Positions 35,742 through 50,158 of a stretch of 64,000 nucleotides of DNA are shown here, one piece after another. A model generated the notes under the pieces. It ran no database searches. It saw only the letters and a list, made by a program, of their open reading frames with translations, and was not told where the DNA came from. How positions within the stretch are numbered: position 1 is the first letter of the stretch; each line of letters starts with the position of its first letter. This DNA comes from Vitrella brassicaformis CCMP3155 (lineage: Eukaryota; Protista; Chromerida): assembly GCA_001179505.1 (NCBI GenBank), contig CDMY01000104.1, forward strand, positions 1-64,000. Direction: 5' to 3'. Position numbers and translations under genes: made by a program.

Positions 35742-37589
35742 TCACGTGAAGCCCAGCGACATGAACACCCCCCTGGTCATGTACCCTAACTGCCGCCACT
35801 GAAACTGGCAGTCCGCATCCCCAAGGTGTTCATTGAAGCCCTTGATCACACCCGCCACGCCGTGTTGCTCCGCCTCGTCCAGCCGGGCTCGATGCACCAC
35901 CTCACGCACACCCACCATGCGCACCGCACGGCCCCCATTGCCGCTGGCAATGGCAAAGCACTGAAGGGAGGGCACGCGCACCGTCTGCCCGCCCTCTTGG
36001 CGCGTCCCGCCCACCACCTCCCTATTGCTCGCCGTACGTGTGGCCGCCTGTCTGACGAAGTGCGCCACGGCCGCCCGCACATGCTGCCTCAGCACCGAGT
36101 CGCCAATCAGGTACTCATCGATGGTCGCCATGGCTGTTGAGGGCTGATAGAGGAATGACCCGACATGCCAGGCGATGGCCTCTCCCTCCTGTGGTCCGAA
36201 TGAGAGGGTGGAGGGGGATGGGTGAGCGGGGTGGCCATCGTGGTGGGTCACCAGGGTCAGCAGACGCGTGAGAAGCATCGAGTAATCGCGCTGGGGTGCG
36301 AGGGCGGTGTTGATTGCCTCCATGACGACATCACGCAGCTCATTCAGCACTGTCGCATACTCGGTGAGCACCATCTGGCGGCAACGGCGGTCCGCCTCGG
36401 TTGCTGTAGGAAGGTGGGCAATCGATGGGGCTGCACCGCCTCTTAGCAGCACAAGGATGCAAGTCTTCTGGACAGGTATCCTCCTGCGAATGTTCTCCTC
36501 CTCTTCTTCCGACACAAAGTCGGCTCTCCGCACCCACTCGGTGAACCAGTCGAGCTGAGAGGCAGCTTCGTCGAGGGCCGTATATCCGTCAGCACCCTGA
36601 TTCGTCCGTCTATTGATCTCCCCAGCCGAAACGTGCCGAGACATCCAATGAATCACGCGGTGGGCCCCGGCGAAGGCCGCCCAATGGAATGCTGTCTGGC
36701 CATCCCCGTCCGCAGCCATAATACTCGCGCCGTTGTCCACCAGCAGATCCAGGTAGCTGTCGAGGAAGGCCTGCGAGTACTCTCCGCCTCTCATCGCTAC
36801 ATAGCGCATCACATGGTCGCCTGAGCCCCATCCGTTTCCTTCGTCTGCCAGTGTGCTGTCGTCTTGGATAAGCCGGCGATAGATGCATAGCAGCTGGCTC
36901 TCGAGGGCAGGGGTAGGACGGAATAATCTGACTATCGGCACATGTGGCAGTTGCATTACCATGAACCCTCGCAGCTGCACGTTGCGCGCCATCAGAAGAC
37001 CGAGTGCCGCCTGGTTGCCCGCCGCCACGGCGATTTGGAAGGGTCTATGTTCTATCCGAGAAAGATCCGCCGCGTTCATGTCAGCCCCGCCATCGATGAG
37101 GGCATTCATGACGGCGTCCTGGAGGTCAGTAGAAGGCCAGCGAGGCATGGCGACGGGACACCTGACACAGATTGAATGCATGTACACATGTCACCCTAGA
37201 TGGGCATCTGTGTGCGTATGTGACGGTGTCTTGCTCACTGACCCGCCAACGAACCCCGCTGGTCGTAGTGCCTCGATGGCTCCGAGGGTGAAATCGGTCA
37301 TGTCATCGATGGAAAGAGCCAGCAGAGGGTACCCCAGGCTACTCGGCTCTCGCTGTCGGTCCGCTGTTGTCAGTAGCGGCCGAGCATTTGGGTTTGCCCC
37401 CTGCTGTATGAGCTGTGTCACCTCGGCGGCACTGGTGAGCGTGCGGTGGATGATGCCCATGGCAAGCCGGCGGGTGACATCGCTGGTGCCCTCATCGAAC
37501 TGGGTCTCCACGGCATCCAGTCTCACCCATCCCTGCGGCAGCAGCGGTGGCGCAGTCGCAGCAAACACCACAGTCGACGTAGACGCCAT
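35742..37589 (-). CDS. Ankyrin-like repeat protein, same family as 12337-14100, one intron (~37165-37243)
   Basis: Exon 1 MASTSTVVFAATAPPLLPQGW..GYPLLALSIDD..GFVGG, spliced to CPVAMPRWP. Ankyrin GQTAFHWAAFAGAHRVIHWM; C-terminus FNEHLGDADCQFQWRQLGY. Confidence 0.8.
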
Positions 37590-37984
37590 CTGATGTGGTT
37601 GGACTTGTCTACACACCTGTACCCAGGACAGGCAGACATCTCTGCGTCCTCTTGTGACGTCCTGTCTACTCGTCATATGACGACCATATACCTGCGTCAA
37701 ATTCAAAGCAGAGGTGGTCACCGTGACGACGACGAGCACTTGCAGACGAGTGAGTGGATCTGGCACACTGACTGAACATCACAAAACACGCAGGGCACGA
37801 GCCAGCCAATACTTGTGCTTCCTGATATGATGACAATGAGAATGCGTGCAACTCACCTCGACGTTAGCAGTCTTCGCCGGGGGGGAGGAGCACAACTTCC
37901 CTGCGAGCTTTGCTGCGAGCTTGGAAAGATCTGCACGTCGAAAAGAGGAACAAAAGGGAATATGTACTCATCGAATGATGCGGG

Positions 37985-38665
37985 ATGCAGACATCAGATG
38001 AAGTGAAGGCGCGAAGGAACAAGCTGACGTCTGCCGCTGCCAATGCCGAGGCCGATGCTGCACCTATCGACGAGGACGAGCAGGAGGCAATCATCGCATC
38101 ATTCAGTCAACAACTCGCCAGGGACGCACTCTTTTGGCGGTCTTTAGTGGGAGGGCTGGCCTCCCTGGCTGCACTCGCGTGTGCCACCGTTGCGGGAGCC
38201 CTCTTTGCGCGGCTGATCTATCCCAACACAGGGCCGACATCGCCGACCTTATCGGACTCAGCCGCTGGGAGGCTTCTGGCGCTGGTGTGTTCCACGGTGT
38301 CGATGATTGGGGCTGCTGCCTGTGCGGCACTAATAGGCTTTACTTTGAGCAGTCCGCAGTCCGCAGAGCCCCAGCCGCCCCCACCCTCGCCCTCTCTCTG
38401 GTCATCTCTCTGCAGCTGTTACGTCCTCCGTCAACACACGAACACTCTGCTGCAGCTGGAGAAGCTGTGTGTGCTGGTGTCGCTGATGGGTGAGTCGGTC
38501 TTCTTCGTCGAGCTCATGAATGGCCGGAGTGTGTCTGTGTGTGTCACTGGGGTGCTGGTGGGGATGGTGGTGGGTATGCGGCGCTGGGTGGAGAGATCGA
38601 TCGGTGAGAGCGCCGAGAAGCTGGGCCAGCTGAGAGGGGCGAGATACAAGTATAGGTCGCTGTAG
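37985..38665 (+). CDS. Intronless conserved-type hypothetical multi-TM protein (226 aa)
   Basis: Clean ORF with PIDEDEQEAII at the N-terminus, several hydrophobic helices and an ARYKYRSL C-terminus. Confidence 0.75.
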   Translation: MQTSDEVKARRNKLTSAAANAEADAAPIDEDEQEAIIASFSQQLARDALFWRSLVGGLASLAALACATVAGALFARLIYPNTGPTSPTLSDSAAGRLLALVCSTVSMIGAAACAALIGFTLSSPQSAEPQPPPPSPSLWSSLCSCYVLRQHTNTLLQLEKLCVLVSLMGESVFFVELMNGRSVSVCVTGVLVGMVVGMRRWVERSIGESAEKLGQLRGARYKYRSL

Positions 38666-39271
38666 TGTATGTAGCATCCATGGAAGCTGTGGGTGCTGTT
38701 AGTGAGCGTGAGTATGTGTGTTTGGGCTGGTTGGCTTGTTTGATCATACCAACAGTAAGTTAAGAGAGAGAGAGACTCATTGAGTGACATCACAGGTCCG
38801 TTAGTTACATGAATGAATCACACGGGTCCACACCTCAGCTACCTGTCAGTCAGTCGTTGGGAGGGAAGGGAAAGCGCTCCGAAAAATGAGCAAGCGAGTG
38901 GCTGGCGCGTATGGCACGGCACGTAGGCACCCACACACTGCGAGTTGGCTGGTTGGTTACACATCATGATGTGTGTCCACTGATTGATCCATTTATCCAT
39001 CCATTCATGGCTCGATCACGACCACACATCACATACAGACAGAAACACAGACAGACAGACAGACAGACAGACAGACCCGGCAGGAAAGGCGGCACGGCAC
39101 ATACATCCCCGCTGCCTACTGATATGATAGACGCCCCGCCCCCCTCTCTCGCCCAGCCCACGCCTCCTCCATCCATCCACACACACGCTCATGCTCATCT
39201 ACCCACCCCAGCCATCTACCAGAAGAATCCATTCCTCAATCAATCGGTTGTCAATCGGTTGGTCTATCTAT

Positions 39272-42200
39272 CTAGCACGGCGTGGCCTGTGACTTGGGCC
39301 CCCTGTCGGCGAGCCTCCGCAGTATCTCTATCAGCAGGCTTTTGTCCAGCTTCTCCAAACCGGGCTGCTTACCAATCCTGATGACCACACCACACCACAC
39401 CACAACACAACACAACACACACCTGATGGATGGATGGATGGAGGCACATGGACGTACCGGTCGAAGTGCGTGACGATGAACTGCAGAGCCATCTCGCGGA
39501 CGGCCTCCACTTTGAGTGAGTGCGAGGCGGCGAATATGTCGAGCACGTGCTCCTCGTTGAAGCTGTTCTTGACCGACAGCTCGCAAAACGACCGCAGCCG
39601 CTCGTTGCTCAGCCCGTAGTATCCCGCGGCCTCTATCAGGTACATGGCCGTGTGCGGCACCAACACCTTCAGCACATTGTCGCCTGCACGCACACGCGCA
39701 TCCAGCCATCCATCCATCCAGATCGGTGGACGTGGTGGTGCGTGTCTTTGTGATGTGTCTGTGCCATGCCATTGGCTGGCTGACCGGCGTAGCAGAATCT
39801 GAGGAATGTTCGGAAGGCTTCAGGGGTCATGCTCTCGTCCGCCGGCACCACCAAATAATCAGCACGGCTCTCTGCAGACACACACACAAGACACCACACC
39901 ACACACCCCAGGCCAAGTGCAGTGCATGGTGTGTGCATCACATGGCGGCCGCCTTGTGTCGGTCGATTCTTCACACGCTCCCACTCACAAACCGCCCACA
40001 AACCACCACTTACCTTGCATGCCCGATGTGACGCTAGCCGCCGCGAAAAAATGACACCGAGCAGCCAACAAAAACTTGTGCGCCTGCAGTGCACAGACGC
40101 AAGGCACGGAAGGACAGAAGCACAGCACACATGACATGACCACACACCAGGTCACGCGGCCATCCACCATCCATCCACATTTCTCTCTCCCCTCTCCTCG
40201 TCTCATCTGATCTAATCTGCTCCCTCTCACCGCAATGGCCTCCCCCTGGCTGCCCTGTGTGCCCTCTACGACGACGGTGTAGTCGGAGAGTATCTGCTCG
40301 ATGAGGAGCCGCTGCAGGTCCTCGGCCAGGCGGCGGGGCGGGATGTTGAGCGAGCTGGGCTCGCCCGACAGGCCCCGCACGCTACTAAACATAGACGATA
40401 TAGCGCTGCTCAGAGGCAGCGAGGCCGTGGTGGACGACCAGCCACCTGGCGGGGGGGCGGCACTGGACGATCCCGCACCACTGGCACTCTCTGCACAGAC
40501 CACACAGACCCAACGGATGGATCGAGAAGCGAGGGGGTGGTGTTTGTTCGCTTGTGCGCGTGTGCGGGCGTGTGTGTGGGTGGGTGGGGGTTGGGTACCT
40601 AACCTACCTGCTTGTGCGGCCGCCCTTTGGTTGCCGAGCCTCATCAGCTCGCATAGCAACCTGCACACACAGAGAGAGAGGAGAGGGGAGGGTGACTAGA
40701 CGCTTCTCGGTATAGTTCGAACGTTCCGATGCTGTCTCTTTCCGCCAGTCTGCCAAGGCAGACTGGGCTGGCTGGCTGGCTGGCTGTCGGTATGTCTGTC
40801 TTACTTGGCCCCCAGCTGTTCGCACTCCTCTCGCTCGGCGCAGGCAGCGTAGTTGTGAAGGAAGAACTTCTTGCAGGCCGCCTCAATGGGCGCCGTGTCG
40901 GGGGAGTCCTTGACGGCACGACTGAGCAGCGGGACCACGTTAGACACCGACAGACGAACTGCAGGGAAGGCACACAGCAGACAGACAGAAGCAGGGCTTG
41001 TTGTGTGGCTGTCTGTGTGTGTTGATGTAGGTGTAGGTCTAGAGGGGTGTGTGTGTGTGGGTGTGTGTGTGGACTTTTGATGTGTCGTTCGATCATGGCG
41101 GCGAGACGGGGGATGTTGAAGCGGCGACCCGCAACGTACAGGTCATACAAATCATTCACCCTGCACACCAACGACACACACACAGACGCACATCCATCCA
41201 TCAGATTTCCGGAGCACGCTCCCCGCTTGTGTGTGGATGTAATGTGACTTACGGCAGCGTGCTAAAGGCCGGCTGGTCGCTGTAGAGGAAGCTAACGAAG
41301 TCCATCAAAATGCTCGGCAGCACGTTGACCCCCACCACAATCGGCTCCATCGGGCTCAGATTCAAAGCGCTAATGTCCGGCCCGCTCGCCGCCTCATTCG
41401 CCGCCCCCTCCCCCTCCCGCCCATCCAGCCCCTCTCCACCCAACTCAGCCTCGCTCCCCATCTCAGGCCACTCCTGCGCGCCGCCCTCGCCTGCAGACGC
41501 CGCTGTCTCATTGGTGTCGGCCGTCTCCTCCCCGTCATCCGCCGACTGGCTCAGCGTCGCGTGTCGGTCGTCATCCGGCGATTCCCCAGCCGAGAACGAC
41601 CCCACTGAGGCGGGGGCCAGCGCAGCAGCGGCAGAGGCGGCCCGGGATGGCTCGAGTGCGTCTGCGGGTGCGGGTGGTTTCTCGCTGTCGCGGCCGAAGC
41701 TGGATCGCTTTGCGGGGGAGGCGATGGATGAAGGGGGGCTCTCGATGGTCGCGGCCGAAGCTGCCGAAGCCGGCCCGGCAGCAGCAGCAGCAGCATCCGA
41801 CACGGAGACAGGGACGGGTGGGGGCGTGGCGGCCGGCATGTGCACCTTGACCTCAGGGGAGCTGATGCACTCCTCCGCCAGCCTGACGGTGGTCTGCGTG
41901 CTCTCGCTGCTCCCGTTGGAACCATGCCCCTCCTGCTGCTGCTGCTGGTCCAAACTCTTGACCCAAACCTCATCAGCCCCAGCCGCAGACACAATGCGCG
42001 GCCGCATGTCCGACCCGCTCCCCCGCGACCACCGCCGGGACGACCGCGACCGGCGGGCCTCCTCGTCGCTGTAGACGTCCACATCCACCTCGGGAATGGT
42101 CCCCACCAGCCCGGGACTGGGCGGGCCGCTCCGCACTCCAGGGCCACCACCACTCACCGAGCGCGTCAAGCTCAAATTGATCAGCGCCAGGTCCTGCGGC

Positions 42201-45200
42201 GGGATGTGGGCATAGGCGCTCACTGCGGGCGGTGGGCGGCTGCCACCCGCCCCTGCGAACCCAGAGGGAGCTGGGGGGCTGCTGCGCTGCCGTGAGAGCT
42301 CCAGAGGGTCATTCAGACCGGCGAGGCTCGGGTAGCCCGTGGCCCAGCTCGTGGGGCAGCCCCGGAAGGGCAACACCGACACGGATGGCGTGGCGCTTCC
42401 GCTGGCGAGGGGTGCGATGGGCGGCGTCTGTCCGCCCGGCCCCTGTGGCTGTGGCTGTGGCTGCGGGGGGTTGAAGCGGTTGGGTGAGGGGCCCATCGGG
42501 GGGCGGCCGAACAAGTTGCGGGGCGTGAAGTACTGCCGGCGTGCTGCGCTCTGGCGGCCGGCAGCAGCGGCAGCAGCAGCAGATGAAGAGGACGAATCGC
42601 CGTCCCCCGGCTGAGTCTGATGCAGCCCTTGCGGGCGTCCCCTGCCTCCGTCCGCCGGCCCAGCTGCCCCGCTGGGCGATGTCGACGACCCACCCAGGCC
42701 GCCCAGAGACACTACGGCCTCCATCAGGTCATCCTGATCGCCACCCAGTGCCGGGTAGGCAGGGAAATGAGACGGCGAGGACTCCTCTGAGGTGCCGGTG
42801 GGCAGCCGGCGGAGGTCAGAGAAGGGCTGGTGTGCTCGCGAGTGGCCCTTGGCGCCGGCTTTGCCGTGCAGGTGCCCTCTGCGTGGCGAGCGAATGCGGA
42901 ATGGTGATTCGTCGGCGAATAGGTCGTCTTCGTCAGTGGGTGGCGGGGGGCGGGTGAGCCGCTGGATGGTGCGGGGGTCCATGCCTTGGTGCTCGGCGAT
43001 GATGCGCCAGATGGAGGGGCACCGAACCAGCAGCAGGTGGGAGTGGCAATGCACCGACACGGCACCCTGTTGACGTACGTGACGAGGAAGGACACGAACC
43101 AAACAAACACGCGGCAATCTAATCTGTTTTGTGTCTGCAATCCTCTTTGCTCGCCTTGCAGGCCAGGCTCCATTCTCACCGGTGGTTTTGACGGCAGGAC
43201 CATTCCGAGGTTGGCGCCATAGGACGAAGCCGACCCGGCTGACGATGCGGCCGAGCCGTCCTTGCCAAACCGACCTGCGGACCGTGACGAGCCGTTGGTG
43301 AGGCCGCCGTCGTGGCCTCCCTGTGTGGGTGACGACGCGGGCGGGCGGTCGGACCGCGGCGAGGAGTCTGGGTCTTCATCTGACGGTGCCGCCACCAGGA
43401 TGACGTCGCATGTGCCCTGCCAGGTGCTCTCTACTTGGCACTTCTCCAGTAGGTTCAGCAGATCCTGACATGACAACAGACAGACAGACAGACGGATGGA
43501 TGGATGGATGTCGGTGTGGGTGTGGGTGGCCTGGCCCTGGTTGTGTGTGGTTGTGTTGTTTGTGACGTGACTGACGTACCTGTGCGAGTGTGCATGGCGG
43601 GATGGGTGGCGTGATGGGCCCGAATCTGAACTCGTAGCAGTCGTTGTGCCGTCGCATGCCGCTCGACCCGCCAAACACTATCATGCACTCCTGCAAAGAA
43701 CCCTGAGCAAACCCAACACACACCACACCACACCACACCACACCACACACAGGCAGAGAGAGGGCATCCGTTCGTCCATCCGTCCGTCCGTATGGATGTA
43801 CAAGTCAGTCGTCAAGTGGGCGTGGCGTGTGCATTGCAATGCATTCATTGGTCGGTGATTTCCTACTCTGCGGAGGACGGCAGCGTGGAAGTCACGGCCA
43901 TGGGGAGGGGACCCCATCACAGACACGCGGGACCATATCTGAGGACAGCCATACATCACACACATAGCTTATCATGGGCAGCCCTGAATGCATTGCATTC
44001 CCCTTGTCTCTCATCTCATCTCATCTGCAGCTCCCTCCCTCCCTCCCTCCCTCCCTCCCTGACCTACCCGTCTCTCCAGGTCCAGCTGCAGCAGGTCGTC
44101 GTGACGCACCCCGTCATTGCCGCCATACAAGTAGATGTACTTGCCTGTTAAAGAACGACACACAGGCAGGGACGGAGGGAGGGAGGGAGGGAGGGAGGGA
44201 GGGAAAAAGCCACCGCCACAGCAATGCATATATAATGATTGTGCATGTCGTGTACCTCTGAGTACGGCGCTGTGTGCGTATCTTCCGTCGGAGAGGTCGG
44301 TGCCGGTGCAGGGGAACCTGCGCCACATGTTGGTGGTGAATCTGAAGGTGAAGACGTCCCCATATCGCTGGTGGCCGCTGCCGCCCACGATGTACATGAC
44401 GTCGTCCTTCACCATGCACTGATGGCTGGAAGTAAGACACACACACACACACACGTCGATCAAAGGCACCACCCTTGGCTGGGTGGGTGTGTTGGTGTGT
44501 GTCATGTGTGTCTGTCTGTCTGTGGTTTGCTTGCTGGCCGACCGGTATCTGCCGACAGGTGCGTCTCCGCTGGTCACGACCAGGTCCCACGTCTTGGTGC
44601 AGATGTCAAACCGATACATCTCTGTCGGGTAGTTGGTCTGACACACACACACACACAGAACGACACACAGAACCACACACAGACAGACAGAATGTGTGCG
44701 TGTCTTGTGGTCTGCTGCTCACTCCCTGACTGACCCCGTGAGTGCCGCCCCAGACGTAGAGGCCCTCCTTGTAGAGGACCATGGACTGGCCGTAGCGAGC
44801 CGACGGGCGGTCCTCGGTGGGGTTGGCCAGCAGCACCCACGTCTCGGTGGCGAAGTTGTACATGTGCAGGTCTCGCTTGTTGGTGTACCCGAAGTGCGAA
44901 CCAGACCCGCCGAACACGTACATCACACCACCTATGTCGTCAGCCACCGCTGAGTGCGACGCGCGACCCGACGGCCGCTCGCCGCGAGCGTTGACGCACC
45001 GCCACACGCGCGTGTCGATGTCCAACTCTAAATGGAGGGAGGGGAGGAAGGAAGACATGCCATGCATGTGTCTGTGTGTTGGTGCTGGTGTGTGGGTGCG
45101 GCGCGGTGCGTACCGTATACATCATCGAAGCAGTTGGCTCCGTCGAAGCCTCCGAAGACGTACAGGTACCTCTCTTTGTAGAGGACGCAGGTGTGGCCAC

Positions 45201-45273
45201 TCCGGTTGGCCGGCAGCTCCCCCGTGCATTCCAGCTTATCCCAGTAGCCCCGCACGTGACGATCAGCGTTCAT
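39272..45273 (-). CDS. LZTR1-like Kelch-repeat plus tandem BTB-BACK protein, multi-exon
   Basis: Six Kelch-type repeats (RSGHT..YVFGGFDG, RASHS..YVFGGSG, RYGQS..YVWGG, YIVGG, YLYGG, IVFGG), then two BTB/BACK units (AHKFLLAARCHFF; EAFRTFLRFCY; MALQFIVTHF). Confidence 0.85.
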
Positions 45274-45488
45274 GGTAGTGGTAGGTAGGGAGACTGACTA
45301 ACAAGTTAAACACTGATCGGCAACTCAACTTCGCCACCACACCAAATAAGAATCTCAAGTGCAGGGTTTGGGTTTGAGGCCCCCAGTCTCCTCGGGAAGC
45401 CCACGGACGGGGCACCGTTGTCTCTGCTGCCGCCCTGGCGAGGAATGTGACGAAGCCGGACGAAGCATTCAGTGACGACGGAGGTCTC

Positions 45489-48400
45489 ATGGACACGCAA
45501 GCGGGTCCACGCCCGTCGCAACTCATGTCTCGTAGATCTCGCCCGTGTAACTCCGCTGTAACTTTCGGAAACAAAAGCCGCAGCAGCTTCTATGCCTACA
45601 GGAGAGCCCTCATCAAACAGGTACAGAGATGCGCTGACAAACACTCATCCGATTCGACCCATCCACCCATCCATGCGCGACGGATGAATGCGCCCGTGTG
45701 CTGTGCTGTGGTGCTGTGTGTTCTTCTTTCTTAGCCCTCCGTTGAGTCAGTCGGCGTCCACGTGCACTGCCAGGGTGCGCCGTGCACTGAGGGTGTGTGT
45801 CCGCGTGAGGCCGCCTCTGGAAAGGGAGCTGGGAGGCTGCCTGCTTTTGCGCCCGGACCAAGTGGTGATCACACCAACATGCTGTTGTTGTATCACTCAT
45901 CAATTGGTCTGTGGTCTTTTCTTTCACCTGTCAGGCGGAGTGTTTGTCTGATGGCCGTACGCTGATTCTGCGTGAGATCCTGTCTTACTCAGTGCCGCCA
46001 TGTCGACCCCAGGGCCTCTCGCGCAATGCCTCTCTGTCGGATCTGCGAGTGAGGGACGGCAATGCGCTGTGGCGGGACGGCGATGCCGAGCAGTGGGCCG
46101 CTCGCCGCCGGTGTGCTGCACAGTATATCTTCACCTTTGACAGAGGTGAGGTGAGGTGGCATGGCGTGGGGCAGTCAGTGATCAGATGGGATGGGACGAG
46201 AGGAGGGGATATGGATGGATGCGCGTGTGTGTGTGTGTGTTCAGTGTTTGGTGTGGGTGCTACCCAGGAGGCCGTGTACGAGAGCATGGTGCGGCCGGCT
46301 GTGCGGCAGGCGAAAGAGGGCTTCTCATCCACCATTTTCGCATATGGACAAACAGGTGGGCTTACACGACTGACGCCCGCATTCTTTCGTCTGCACGCGT
46401 GACGTACTTACAGGGGCCGGCAAGACGTATACGATGGAGGGCATCTTGGACCGGCCAAACCACCCACAGAGAGGTAGGCAGGTCGGAAGGTGGGCAGGCA
46501 CCGACACACACACACACACACACACCAACGTTGGCACCTATTCAGGCATTTGCCCTCGTGCTGTGGCGGACCTGTTTGCCCTGGGGCGGCAGCAGGGCAG
46601 TGGTTTGGGGCCGTTTCGCATGAGAGTGTCGTTCGTGCAGATATACAACGAGGCAAGAAGGAGGGATCAAGAATTCTCGACATCATGTGTTTGTGTGACG
46701 CACGCAAAAATTGTTAAAATTCTTTCGCAGGTAGTGACGGACCTGCTGCAGCCTTCCAACACGAATCTGCCAATGCGGTATGCTATGCGCGCCTCAGCCC
46801 GCACACAAGGCGGATGGCATGGAAACACATGCCTGCCTGCCTGCCTGCCTGCCGTGTGTGGGTGTCATGTCCGTTCATCTGTCAGTGAGGACAAGCGCCG
46901 CGGCGTCTTTGTGGACGGCTTATCGGAGTGGCCTCTCACTCACCCTCAAGACATCTATCGGTCGCTCAACTCAACCAGAAAGAAAGAGAGAGCACTGTTG
47001 CGCATCCCCTGTCTGTCTGTTTGTCTGTCCGTCCGTCTGTCCGTCCGTCCGTCAATCAGCATACTGTCCCAGGTCGACGACGTGCGGCCGATCGCGCCAA
47101 CAACGGTCAACGACAGGTCCTCCCGCAGCCATACCATGCTCACCCTGCAGATAGACAACAACAGCCCCCACCCACACCCACAACCACACGCACACGAGCC
47201 CCAGCCCGCTCTGTGTGCGCCTGGTCGTCGTGGGGGGCGGCTGCATCTGGTGGACCTGGCTGGAAGCGAACGTGTGCGGCTGACTGGGGCCACTGGTGTG
47301 CGTCTGGAGGAGAGCAAGCGCATCAATCAGTCGCTGGCCGCACTGGGGAATGTTGTCATGGCTCTCACACACGGGAGGAAGGTACGAGCGAAACAGGGAG
47401 GGAGGGAGGGAGGGAGGGGTGAACGGTTCCTTCCTTCCGATGTGCGGATGTGTGTATGTGTGTATGTGTGTGTGTGTGTGCGTCAGCATGTGCCGTATCG
47501 TGACAGCAAGCTGACCAGGCTGCTGCAGGACTCTCTCGGCGGTTGGTGCATCACCACTCTCATCGCATGCATCGCACCCACTCCCGAGGTACAGTACTCA
47601 GGCGTCTAGACATTCCGAGCATGGCACAGCACAGCACCCCTTTGTCTTTCTTTCCCGTGTGTGTTGTGTTCTCTCTTCAGTCGTTCGGTGAGAGCCTGTC
47701 CACCCTCAAGTTTGCGCTGAGGTCCAACAGAGTGCACAATGAGCCGCAGATACAGGTAGGTAGCTCGTACACACACACAGACAGAAATCACATATATGCA
47801 CTCATATCCACTACACACAGATAGAGGAGCTGCCCTGGACAGCCTCAATGGCCTCCGCAAACATGCGCCACGTTGCTGCCGGACTTCGGCAAGACCTCAC
47901 CTCAACAAACGACGTAAGCATAGCACACGACAGCAGAAGAGTTGTCAATTGGTCGCCATCCAATCCATGTGCTGCAGGCTGCATCCATCCCCTCAGGCCC
48001 CTTCTCCCGCGCCGGCAGCCGCCCCAGGACGCCTCACGAGGGCCGTGATGCCACGAGCCTTCTCGGCATGGCGACCGACGGCAGCAGGTCGCGGTGCCCG
48101 TCGCGTCGGCGTGAGCGTGAGGGCGAGACGGGCCAGGTCAATCGGTATCGTCAGTTGTTGATGCGGCAGAGGGAGACCATGGCTGGTAGGAATTGCTATG
48201 GCTATCTTTGTATGCATGAATGGATAGATGGATGGATGGGCGGTATGCAGAGTTGGCGTCGAGTCTTGCGCATCGTGACGAGAAGCTTAGGAGCCTGCAA
48301 CACCAATACGACTCGCTGCAGCAGTAGGGACAGCACCCTTACCACATCCACATGGGAGGCGTGGATGGTATGGATGGATGGATGGATGTGTGTGTCAGGG

Positions 48401-49389
48401 AGCACCTGTCGCTCATCTCCCAGCTGCAGCCGGCCCCCCTCGCCCCATCTCGCTCCGTGCAGACAGTGCCCCACACTCCCTCATCCACACCTCTCTACTT
48501 TCCCGGCGCCACAAGGCAAGAGCCATCTGACATCGATATCGACATCGACGACAGCTGCCCACCGCCCTCAATCGGCGTCAGAAGTGGCCGGCAGGTCGAG
48601 CCCTTCCCCGTCGACCACTCCCCTCACTATGTGCCCTCTGCACAGGGGAGCATGGCCATCAGCCAGACGACTCGGCTTCGTCTCGGCGACCCCTCCCCTC
48701 CTCGTGCACGCGCCGCTCGCTCAGCCTGCAGCTCACCCCTGCGGCCAGTTGGGGGCACTGGCGGGCAACCAAGACGGCAGTCGCCATTCGCTGCCCGTGG
48801 GCGGGACCTCCCCTCCGTCCCTATCGTCGAGGGAGTGCCGTCGCCCTTCTCTCATCAGTCCGCCAGAAGGAGGATAGACAACCAGCAGACGTCATCTGCG
48901 CGGCTGGTCGGCGGAGACCGGGCCACATTATCCACTTCCAGTGCTTCGGCAGTGCCAATTAGCAGCACCGACCCTGTCTTCTCCTTCCTGGACGGCCTGA
49001 GAGGCAAGGCCGCGTCGATGAGGGCAGATGAGCCACGAGATGTGGATCATGATCATGGCCCTTCCCAAGCTGACCCTGGCCACCCTCCGGCAGCACCAGC
49101 AGCGGCGTGGGAGGACTCTCCCTCCCTGTGGCTTGACTCCCTTCTCGATGGCCTCGACACATCAGCACCTCCCAGCGGCACCAAGATCAGACCATCATCG
49201 TCTCTGCGTTCGAAGGATGCCGCCCTGATCCGAGACGCATTGGACGATGTGGCACTGTCGAGGGGGCGTGCCATTGCCGTGGGGAGCAAGGCGGATGCGG
49301 CACTGGCTGAGATGGGCATAGGGGGGGAGGGTGTGGGCAAGCGATGGATGGGCACACCTAGCTTTGGCCGGTTGGGGGAGGATAGATGA
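45489..49389 (+). CDS. Kinesin motor protein, multi-exon
   Basis: LRVCVRVRP, FTFDR/VF, TIFAYGQTG/AGKTYTM, SSRSH, LVDLAGSER, HVPYRDSKLTRLLQDSLGG, ESLSTLKFA. Confidence 0.95.
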
Positions 49390-50158
49390 GCTGTGTGGCG
49401 GTCGCTACTTGTGAGTATTTGTCTGTGCTGCACATATATACATAGTGGAATGGAATGGAATGGACCAGCTCGAAAGAAAGTGCCTTCACGTGAAAGCTTA
49501 GCTTGGATCGATCATGGCTCATTGAGCGAATGAATGACACACACGCACATCATGATCTCCACACACATGTACAAGTTTAGGGTAGGTTCGTCAAGAGACA
49601 GGCAGCAGCAGCAGCAAATGAGTCGGACCAATGATTCCGTAACCCCATGAAAATGAGGCATAGCAAAAAAGCAAAGATACATCGATTCAACCGATTCCCC
49701 GAGCAAAGCTCCATTCCCCTCCACCTCTACCAGCATGCACCCTCGCCGATGTCATGCAATCTCCCCGCTAGCAGAGGTGCCTGGCTCGATCGCCCGCTCG
49801 ATCGAATGGTGCTGACTGTCGCTTAAAGGGACACACGTGAGCCCCACATGTCATGGCGTGACATGTGACAGAGACAGAAAACGAGAAATGGCAAAATCGA
49901 TGAGTGTGTTGAGGCTCGTTGAATTCGATTCAATGGATGGACCGGATGTGCATAGGGACACTCACCTCTAATCGCATCATCAGACAATCGTGTGTCTGTT
50001 TTCACCACACGCAAGAACACAGTGTAGCCTGTCCGTAGCATTCGCGTTCACCCCCTGCCACTGGTTGACTGACACAATTAACACACACACATACGCACAC
50101 CCAATGCGCGTTGTGTTCGTATGTGTTCTTGTGTGTGCTTGCTCACTCACTCACTCAC

